Below, piece after piece: positions 1-10,000 of a stretch of 34,124 bases of DNA (positions are counted from its first letter, which is position 1; each line of letters opens with the position of its first letter). The notes under the pieces are model-generated. The model was not told the origin of the DNA, searched no databases, and saw only the letters and a list, made by a program, of their open reading frames with translations. The stretch lies in NCBI GenBank assembly GCA_001642005.1, contig LWCA01000285.1:1-34124 (forward strand), written 5' to 3'. The stretch is from Intoshia linei. Lineage: Eukaryota > Animalia > Orthonectida. A program made the position numbers and the translations under genes.

Positions 1-145
1 TTTGACCGTGAAGTCGTCACTTATTCGGATTAAAATTTTCTGTGTGTGTTAACATGATTCAACTGTACCACCTGTAAATGTTTTGAAATTATAGGGCTGT
101 TTTCATTAAAAAAAAGGTAATTTGGGGTTTTGGCCCTGAAGATAT
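1..145 (-). repeat. Segment of Helitron-like family A, identical to 725-869, adjacent to the N gap
   Basis: Base-for-base match to 725-869 by inspection. Confidence 0.9.
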
Positions 146-166
146 NNNNNNNNNNNNNNNNNNNNN
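146..166. other. Scaffold gap (21 N)
   Basis: Run of n characters. Confidence 0.99.
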
Positions 167-241
167 AAAAAAAATATATGAATACTAAAATGCTTTTTTG
201 ACCGTGAAGTCGTCACCTTATCGTATTGAAATTTTTTGTGT

Positions 242-690
242 GCAGCTGGTGTTGAAGCATCATATAGAGTAACACAGCGAATAGCAAGAACTGGAAAACC
301 ACACAACATAGGAGAAACTTTGATTGGCCTGGCTTGCAAAGACATTTTATTTCTTATTATTGGAGAAGATGCTAGCCGGTAACTAAAGAATGTTTCACTT
401 TCGAATGATACAATTAACCGCCGAATCAAAGATGTGTCAAATGACATTATTGAACAAGTAGTTAAAAAAATAAAAAATTCAAAATTTGGCTTGTTTTCAA
501 TACAAGTCGATGAAACCACAGACTTAGCAAATCATGCTGAACTTTGTGTATTTGTGCGTTATGTGTTTAATGAGGATTTTGAAGATGAATTTCTTTTTTG
601 TAAAAATTTGAAATTTAGAACTACAGCAAAAGAAGTTTTTAAGAAGGTTTCGGATTTCTTTGAAGCATATATTTTATGGGAAAAATTATA
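242..690 (+). pseudogene. Internal fragment of hAT (Buster/Charlie; ZBED5/FAM200-like) transposase
   Basis: One frame reads ASYRVTQRIARTGKPHNIGETLI...DASR*LKNVSLSNDTINRRIKDVSNDI...FSIQVDETTDLANHAELCVFVRYVFNEDFEDEFLFC. It has an in-frame TAA at 380-382, no termini, and is truncated at both ends. Confidence 0.92.
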
Positions 691-1143
691 TCGGAAAAAA
701 AATATATGAATACTAAAATGCTTTTTTGACCGTGAAGTCGTCACTTATTCGGATTAAAATTTTCTGTGTGTGTTAACATGATTCAACTGTACCACCTGTA
801 AATGTTTTGAAATTATAGGGCTGTTTTCATTAAAAAAAAGGTAATTTGGGGTTTTGGCCCTGAAGATATAATTTTTAGTAGTATAAAGTTTAAGATTTTA
901 AATTCCACATCAATGTATATATTTTTTTAAATTCTCCAACTTGTTTGATTTTCAAAAAAAAAGACAATTGGGGTTTTTGACCCATAAGATGTGAATTTGG
1001 GAGGTTGAAATTTATCTTATTATACGTCCCGGAAAAAACTGTAATTGAAATGTTATTTTATAGAATTCTAAGACTCGTAGTTATTGAAATAAAGTGGATC
1101 ACACAGGCACAAACAAATATTGTGTAGCATATTATATAAGGAT
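691..1143 (-). mobile_element. Non-autonomous Helitron-like repeat family A, copy 1 (plus duplicated piece 167-241)
   Basis: Colinear with 20380-20950 and 27230-28080, and with the reverse complement of 19540-20310. The shared terminus reads A^TCCTTACTTATATAATATGCTA followed by a GT/GTTT-rich microsatellite, like Helitron 5' ends. No TIR or TSD seen. Confidence 0.7.
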
Positions 1144-2041
1144 AATATTTATAAATTTAATTTTTAATCAAATACATACTGTATTATAAGTCCAGTTATA
1201 TTATATTTTTAATTTTGAAACTAAAAAAGGAATGACCATTAATTAATGAATTAAAAAATATATAATTAATGTTTATTTGTTAGAATACAGATATGAAATG
1301 GTTACATTATATTTACAGAATCTGTATAATAAGATTTGAAATTTATAATAAAATATTATTAACATTCATATACATAAAATGTAATTGTGCAAAACGTTAT
1401 GCTTGCTTCAATGTCATTAGTTCCAATATAAAGATTTTCCAGGTGAAAATCATCTAATCTCGAAATATCCATGCTTATTATAATAAAATATGATAAAAAC
1501 AATAAATTATAATTCACTTATGTGATTTTTGGATACATGATGCAATTTACAATATTTATTTGTTAATAGTTAAAGTTAATACGAAAGACCCATCAAAAAC
1601 AAACTTTAAATATACATTTAAAATTTAAATTACAAATTGTATTTTATTATGAGCGATAAAAAAAATCAAAACTGACGCATGCGGTATACGTTTTTCGCCG
1701 AGGAATGTGATTTTTCGAAAAAATTTTCGATAAATTATCGTGGTTAAAAAATAGATCTTCCCAATGCAGTAGCTTTGACAAAATCTAATCAATACCTTTT
1801 CAATTTTAAAACTTAATTAGAAAACATGAAACTTGAAATTTAAATAAAGTTGTCAATCTAATGAAATTAAAATAAACTTTAACAAATTATCGTATTTATT
1901 CATTTCACAACATTTATATTAAGAGTTATATTGTGGAAACACATGGATTTGGGCATAAAGAGACAATTACAAACATAGAAATTAAAAATTTAGTAATTTA
2001 AAATGTTTTTACAAAATAACTTTATAAAGATTAGACCTTAA

Positions 2042-5000
2042 ATGAGACGAATAATCAGATTGAACCATACAAGCATAAAAAATTTTTCCAAGGTAAAATT
2101 TTCAAAAAAGGTGGAAAAATTTACTAAAAATAAAAATACATTTATAAAAGAAATTAGTATACTAGACACTAAAGCTATTACAAACGCTCGAAAGCAATTG
2201 AAGACTAAGTTAAAACATGCAACAAATTCAAAAATTAAAAGGATGAATTCAAAATCATACGACGAATATAATGCATTATTAGAATCATATATAAGAGCAT
2301 GTCTAAAATCAAATCAAACCAATGCAGCATTTAAGATAATGGAAACTATAACACGTCAAGATTGTATCAAATTGAACAATGTTGGAGCAATAAGTCATTT
2401 ATTTAATTATTTAGCTTTAATAAATGATTCAGAAAAAATGCACACAGCAATGAAAATTTTGAGATTATCTGGTTTTAAGCCAACATTTGGTATATTATGT
2501 TGTAGATTGGAACATTTGAGTAGATTCTCAAATTGTAAAGAAAGCATCGCTAATGTCTTGAGTGAAATTAAATTGTATTCATATGATTTAACTTTATTTA
2601 AACAATTTTGTTCAACTAATCCCAATGCACATTTTCACGTATTGAAGGCTATTAGAAAAGTATATCCAAACTTTGTTGAATCTTCTATATTAAGTTTTAA
2701 GTATAATAATTCTCTTTTAGAGTCATTGTGTATTGATTTTAGAAAAGAATTTAATGTAAATATTAAACTTGGATTAAATTCAAATTCTGTTTATACAAAT
2801 TTGTTGAACAAAAAATTGCACCACGATCAGTATAATTTTGAGTGTAATCATTATACAAATGTAAAATCTATTGATACACGTGAAAAAATTGATGATAATA
2901 CTAAAATTGCTAGAAGGAATTTGGAAAATCTTAAAGTGGAATGGAAAAGTTCATTAACCAATGCATTTTCCTTTTCACTTCAAATTCTTAAAAATAATTC
3001 CATTAACCATGAAATGAAAAATTTGTTACCCTATTTTACTAGTTTACCTGCATCGTTTTTTATTGACATGATGCTGCAAGATGTTAATATATTTGGTAAT
3101 AATAATATCGACAAGTATGCTCCATCTAAATCAGCGCTAATATTCAATTTTGGTCAACGTGTGGTGTCTGAAATTAACGATCAACATGAAATTAACCAAA
3201 AATCAAAATCATTTTTACAGGCTTATGAACATTATATAAAGTATCTATCAAACAATGAAAATGTTAATAATAGATTATTATGGTTGTATATTATTGAAAA
3301 ATTTAATTTGGACTTAAAAATACCTTTCAAAGAAACTTCTCAACTTGCTATTAAAATGGTTGGAAAGTTTTTGTATGACATAATAATGAATAATATACAA
3401 GTTAAACCAATGAATTGTACGAATAATAGAAAAGTTCCGGCTTTTTATGAAGTTTACAGGCTTAGTAATTCATCTTTGGAAAGAGCTATTAGGCCACATC
3501 CTAGTTTTATTAAAATCTTTAAGGATGCGAAACTATCTGATTTATCTTTTTATAATTACGAATTACCCATGTTGTCACCTCCACTTCCTTGGATAACCTC
3601 AAATTATGGAGGATTTTTACGACACAGAGCAGCATTCATTCGCACTAAAGGCAACAATAATTTAATCAATTTTAAGCTCAAACGAGTGCCAAATAAACAG
3701 CTTTACCCCATCTATGACTCAATTAATACCATATCCAATGTGCCATGGAAAGTGAATACGACAATTTTATTTGTAGCCAGAAAAGTGTTTCAATCCGGCG
3801 GTGATATGAAATTGGCTATACCCAAAAGTCCATCATATTACGATAACCCAAAAACTTTACTCGATTTTGATAATTCCAAACAAAAATACTACCCATATCT
3901 TAAATTGTTTCGAAAAGAAAAGGCTGAAATGTACAGTTTGTGGTGCACAGAATTATACAGACTGTCTATTGCTAATCATTACAAGCAAAACTATTTTTGG
4001 TTTCCTCAAAATTTAGACTTTAGAGGACGCTTGTATGCATGCCCGCCCCATTTTAGTCATATTGGATCCGATTTATCTCGTAGTTTACTTTTATTTGCAA
4101 ACGGAAAGGAACTTGGACCCAATGGATTGAATTGGCTTAAAATTCATTGTATCAATCTAACTGGTAAATATAAAAAATGTACAAACCAAGAAAGATTATC
4201 AATTTGTAATGAATTAATGTCCGAAATTATCGATTCAGCAAAGTACCCACTGCATGGACGAAAATGGTGGCAAGACTCTGAAGATCCTTGGCAAACTCTT
4301 GCAGCATGTACTGAAATTTATAAAGCTAACCAGGTTAATAAACCAGAAGAATATATATGTTGTCTACCTGTTCATCAAGATGGATCGTGTAATGGCTTAC
4401 AACATTACGCTGCATTAGGTCGTGATGATATTGGAGCAGAATCGGTTAATCTCAAAAATTTACCACGTCCAAGTGATGTTTATAGTTATGTTGTAGATGT
4501 TATTGAAAAAAAAAGAAAAATTCAAGCCGTAGATAATATTATTGCCCGGGAATTGGAAAATGTTATTACAAGGAAAATTATTAAACAAACTGTAATGACT
4601 ACAGTTTATGGTGTCACTAGATATGGTGCCAGAAGTCAAGTCATGACAAAGTTAAATGATTTGCCAGGTATTAATAAAGACAATGTTTTCAAATGGGCTT
4701 CGTATATTGTTGATTGTACATTTTCTTGTCTTCAGAGTATGTTCACTTCTTCCAGGGATATTCAAAATTGGCTTATTAATTGTGCTAGGTATTTGGTTGA
4801 TTCTGATGTCGTTGTGGAATGGAAAACTCCTTTGGGTTTACCGGTTTTACAACCTTATTTTTCTTTACAAAAATATAATAAATCCAATGGAATCAGTGAA
4901 GAAACAATTAATAAACGTAAGCAGTATACCGCTATACCTCCCAATTTTATTCACAGTTTGGATGCTTCTCATATGATGCTCACTTCATTGTATAGTGTTT

Positions 5001-5862
5001 CTTCTAATTTTACTTTTGTTTCTGTACATGATTGCTTTTGGACTCATCCTTCTACTGTCGAAATTATGAATAAGGTAATTTATATATTATTTGGGAACAA
5101 ATTAAATTTTGCAATTTTTTTTATTTTTCAAACAACCATCTCACAAAAACATGGATTATCTGACTCAATAAAGTATTTAATCAATGTTAACCATAGAACT
5201 ATCAGTAGTGTTGATTTTAACCACATAATTTACTCAAAAAGTAATATAAATTGATTGCAACTTTTATTTTTGAAATGAACGTATTTGAAAATAATGAATT
5301 ATCAAGTGATAAAAATTTTGGGGATCCATGTTGTAGATTTTTAAAATGATGGTTTATTTTCTGATGAAGCGCCGGAAAAACACATTTTACCCATCAGTAG
5401 TAATATTTATGTCTCAAAATTGGTCTTAGAACGAAAAAAGGTGGTGAAAATCACCACCGCTGGTAGTTCTAGGGTTACCAAATGTAAACAAAATATGTGT
5501 ACGTAAAAAATTGTTAAAAAATTAAATAAATTGTGTTTTTAGGTCTGTCGGGAGCAATTTGTAGCTTTACACAGCCAGCCAATATTGTCAGATTTAAGAG
5601 ATCAATTTACCGAATTGATTAAAAAAGATTCAAAGTATTTATATTTAGATGTAATTATATTGATTATAGATACGCCATTAAACCAAATTCAAAACAAAAA
5701 GTTTTTGATAATATACCCAAAACCGGTAATACTGTGTTATTAAAATAATTTTCTTGATTTGATCACATTTACTTTTATTATAAATTAAATTATTAATAAT
5801 TTTTATTATTAGGAACCTTTGATTTGAATTCAATTTTAAAGTCGGAATATTTTTTTAGTTAA
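2042..5862 (+). CDS. POLRMT: DNA-directed RNA polymerase, mitochondrial (single-subunit T7/phage type), ~1076 aa; exons 2042-5074, 5543-5634, 5670-5725, 5813-5862
   Basis: Motifs PQNLDFRGRLY, HQDGSCNGLQHYAALGRD (A), RKIIKQTVMTTVYGVT (B), PPNFIHSLDASHMMLT and VSVHDCFWTH (C). Three GT-AG introns (468, 35, 87 nt) with consistent phases give ...MNK|VCREQFVALHSQPILSDL...IPKTG|TFDLNSILKSEYFFS*, the canonical C-terminus. The N-terminus is basic and presequence-like. The ORF-track tail after 5074 is intron read-through. Confidence 0.97.
5191..5474. mobile_element. piggyBac-like MITE in POLRMT intron 1
   Basis: ~35-bp imperfect TIRs: CCATAGAACTATCAGTAGTGTTGATTTTAACCAC at the left and rc CCCTAGAACTACCAGCGGTGGTGATTTTCACCACC at the right. 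Flanked by TTAA (5187-5190) and TTAC. Confidence 0.8.
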
Positions 5863-6054
5863 TTATTTGTATATTTTGTATAATAAACGATAAACAGTCG
5901 CCTCTATATAATGTGCCAATATTAACATTTTTTGCTAATGCAATAAAATCAAATATTGTATAATTATAATGATTGATAACATTAATTACAATGTAATCAA
6001 TTATTTCACTTTCCACGTAGTTGCCATGCATTTATTATCATTTTAGGATATAAC

Positions 6055-6208
6055 AAAGTGTCCAGAAAAATACGTACTATCACTTAGTTTATTTGGAATA
6101 AATTTTAAGCCGAAAATTTTTATTCGTCATTATAGATAAGTAGTTTTGGCTTTACATTTATCACCAAATAAACTTAAATTGATATTAGATATTTTTTCTG
6201 GCCATTTT
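6055..6208. mobile_element. ~155-bp MITE with ~40-bp imperfect TIRs; inverted partial copy at 6872-6985 and deleted copy at ~24415-24495
   Basis: Ends AAAGTGTCCAGAAAAATACG...TTTATTTGG and CCAAATAAA...TTTTTCTGGCCATTTT. The internal AAGCCAAAACTACTTATCTATGATGA is shared by three loci. Confidence 0.75.
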
Positions 6209-6597
6209 ATATAACAATGTGACACTAATCATATTAATTAAAAAAAATAATTTATTTTAGACACACTTCACGTACAAACTTTTCGTCAATTTTAAAAAAA
6301 GACATGAATTTATATGAACTGGGTCAAAATATTTGAAATACTTCTACTCAAATATTTTTTTAAGTACTATTGTAAAAAAATAATTTTATGTTTATAATAA
6401 TAAGAGTAAAACGAATTTAAAAAGGATAAAATTTAATTCATTACTTTTGTGATTATTTTATTAGCATAGATATTAACTATTTTTTTACATAGAAAATTGG
6501 TACGAATTTAAATTGAATTTAACAAATAAATATGACTTAAATTTGTTTATAGTTTTTGAACATATATTTTCAACTTTAATAATTAATTTACTAACAT

Positions 6598-6790
6598 TAA
6601 TTAATGTCGAAAATGATCTTTCACAAGGTCCAATGGTCATTAGTATACCGATTTATCGAGTTTTGTGACAGATAAATCGCCGAAAACGTGCATATTTCCA
6701 TTGTCCAAGTAGCCTTGGACTATTTTTTCTTTATCCAATGTCTCAATCATATCCTTGCTTACAAAATGACCTTCCTTTAGTAATTTAATG
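6598..6790 (-). pseudogene. Decayed hAT transposase C-terminal dimerisation-domain fragment
   Basis: Minus strand reads IVQGYLDNGNMHVFGDLS, then after a frameshift ILMTIGPCERSFSTL (cf. PVTVASCERSFSxL). Confidence 0.55.
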
Positions 6791-7003
6791 TTGAAATGGT
6801 TTTGAGAAGGCTTATGATGAAATCATTTCAATATTCGAAATTTTTAAGTTTTATAAATTCAGATAAAATTTAAAGTGGCCGGAAAAAACACGTAATATCA
6901 ATTTTAGTTTATTTGGTGTTAAATGTAAAGCCAAAACTACTTATCTATGATGACGAACGAAAATTTTCGGCTTAAAATTTATTCTATTTTAAAAATATTT
7001 TAT

Positions 7004-10000
7004 TCAAGTATGATCTGTAATATATCCACTTCGTTCAGGATCAATTATAGTTGTTTTAGTATGAATTTTTCTAGATAATTTATTAGGCGACGCAATACGC
7101 CTTTCTGGAATAGGACTTTTATTTCGTATGTACCATTCATTTATAAACTTTTCTTTATTCTGTGGCTTTATCTAATAAAAACTATGTATTTTTATTTTTT
7201 AAACTTACAGCTATATTTAGAGATTCTATACTTGAGTATTTATATCTAATTTTTTTTAAAATTGTTAAATTTAGAATTCAAATTATTACAAATTTTTCAA
7301 CGTTCGGGATGTATATAATTCATCGAATTCTAAAATGTTTTGGATTAATTAATTATTAATTTTTTTTACCTGTCGATAATCCGTTTTGAGATATTTTTTT
7401 ATTGAATTGGTATTGACTTTGTCTGGTTTTTTTTTTAAATAATGTTTTCTTTGGCTTTATTAACGTTATTTCCGATATGTTTTCTATCATTTAAATTTAT
7501 AATTTTAGACAATAAAAATCTTACCCAGTTTGGTTTTATCGTAGATTAAATTTTCTCTAGTTATATCCATTAAGGTACAGTCATTCAATGCCACAATTGC
7601 GTTAGGGTCCATTTTGTGTTTTATCTTTGATAAACTAAATTGAATAGAATTTTTTTTGTAAGTCAATTTTTATTACATGAACATATTATTACAAATTATA
7701 TTTAATGGACTATATTAAAAGGGAGTAGTGCTCACCGAGTATATTATAAATTTAATATTATTGATTTTAATTAAATTTAAATTTTATTTTCATTACGTTT
7801 TATCAGCTTCAGTTAAACGTCAAAATAAAAAAAAACGTAATTTTACTAAATCTATAATAATTACCTATTAGATATAACTATTGCTGTGAAAATTCCGTGA
7901 TCATCTGCTTTAGGTTTGTAAATTATATAATCTTGAGGTATATTTATGAAATAGCAGAATTGAATAAATGGCTAAAATGTAGACTATATATAATGTAGTA
8001 TAAAACCATCCTCAACGGGGTCATGCAAAATTTTATAGTTGAATTATTTACAGAAATAAAATATAATGATAATTGTTCAATGATATTAATTATTTCCAAT
8101 TAACTAACGCCATCTAATTTAAATATCTTTTTCCATTATTCTTAATTTAAGACTAAATTGAATTGAATATCTTAAATATATGAAATGACAAGTGACGCAA
8201 AGATTTAATAATTTTGAAAATATAATTAAAAATACCAATTGATAATTGACGATTTTATTAAACGGTTTCATTTGAGCATTTAAAAAATTTTTGGTAATAT
8301 ATTCATAATGTTGATCAGTACACAATTGAGGTTTTGTCATCTGCAAATTAAAATAAAAAGATAATCTGTAATGATATACATCATTATTTACATAAAGTAA
8401 ATTAGCTAAAAATGTGTGTCTGTCTGTAACCATTTATTTAATCATTTAAGAGGCGTAGAATTTAAAAACTTTCTTAATGGTTAAAATCCAAAATGACCTT
8501 TTTAAATAAAAAATATTCCAGGATTTTAAAAACAATAATTCTGATCTAAATGATTTAAAATTATGAACGTTAGTATCAATGGTACCTTAAAAACTTGTAT
8601 CTTAAAGTACAAAATCCCAAATTACTCATTATTTTGAAAAATTAAAAAAACAAATTGTTCTAAATACATTAGGGTGTCACATTTAAAAAATTTGTGAATT
8701 TCTTTGGCGTCTAGTATAGGTTTCGTGTATTCATAAAATATTAATATGATTATTAATTATTTTAAAAACAAATGCATATTCGAGTGCAATACCATTTTAA
8801 CATTCTCATACAAAAATATTAATGAAAAATTTAAACTAAACTCTAATTTAGTTAATTCCAGTTAAAGTTTATTTATTATTATCCTATAATATAGCAGATA
8901 ATTAAAATAGTTTTCCCCGCTCAAGTAGTGACTTTTGATGTCAATAAATTTATATAAATAATAAATATTAAAATATTTACATAAATATCATCTTATATTT
9001 TTTAGGAATACACCTAACGTAACGTAACGTAACCTAACGTAAACTATACGCACTTTATTCTTTTAAATACGTGTGCAGTGCACATTGTGCACCCTAATGT
9101 ATCTCTACTGTATAATTTCTACAGTATATAGCCCAATCGTCAACTGATACAGCCATATTTTAATTTTTGAAATACACCGTAATATTTACAGTTAATGAAT
9201 CAGCGTATGCCTACAAATGCAGTCGTCGCTGATACGAATAAACCCTTTTATAATGTTGAGTACCTCAAAATCTATAGGTAATTCAAAAATAAATGATACC
9301 ACGTGAATCGATGTATTCATATGTGTAATGTGTATAATTGTTCATATATAATTAATTATCTAACGAAAAAGGCGTCATTTTTATACTAGTAACAAGTGTA
9401 ATGAAAGCTGTGGACTTTTCATACATTTATCACCCAAAATGAATTAATTATTTCACTGAAAAGGAGTGGAATTATGATGATGTGCTTTATAGTTACTATT
9501 TAGAGTGTGATTTATTTAAACGACTATGGTGGTAACATACTATTTCAGTTCCCAAATTAATAATGCCTAATAGCACTTTTCCGAGGCAATTTAAATCATA
9601 TAACCTTTTCTCTTCAAATCTAAATATACAATTTATTATTTGAAAACTTTATCAATGATTCACAATTAATTAAATTAAAAAATAAAGAGTCGTAAAATTT
9701 AGAAAACCACAATTTCTAATATAGTATTGCGCGGGTAATGTTTATATCTATGTTTTATTTTCAGAAATAGAACCTTCAAAATAAAAACCCCATAATTTTA
9801 TTTTATTATAATCAAATCAACTCAAAAAATTATTAGATTATGAGAAATTTCGTTTCTAGATTACCAGTGGCGACTCTGGCTAATCGAGATCACTCGGGCT
9901 AATATTTCTATGACAACCATAATTTTTCCCCCCAAGCTGAAGAAGTTTAAAATTAACGTAACTAAGATATAAATGATTTCTCACAAAATTTTAGATGTAA

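Noticed and set aside
1672-1686. NRF1/EWG-like GCATGCG site upstream of POLRMT
   Set aside because: Only a partial match, and TGACGCA also occurs as a transposon subterminal motif at 16128-16190.
2042-5254. T7-like polymerase as a phage, plasmid or horizontally acquired gene
   Set aside because: Spliceosomal introns, the long N-terminal extension, metazoan POLRMT-type motifs and the YFFS end identify the ordinary nuclear-encoded mitochondrial enzyme. There are no viral neighbours.
5075-5254. ORF-track C-terminus of POLRMT (VIYILFGNK...SNIN)
   Set aside because: Intron read-through past the AAG|GTAATT donor; part of it is a piggyBac-like MITE end.
9395-9535. Peptide VMKAVDFSYIY...LFKRLWW reminiscent of a bacterial IS transposase start
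   Set aside because: Similarity is limited to a few residues, there is an internal stop, and no downstream motifs or IS ends are present.
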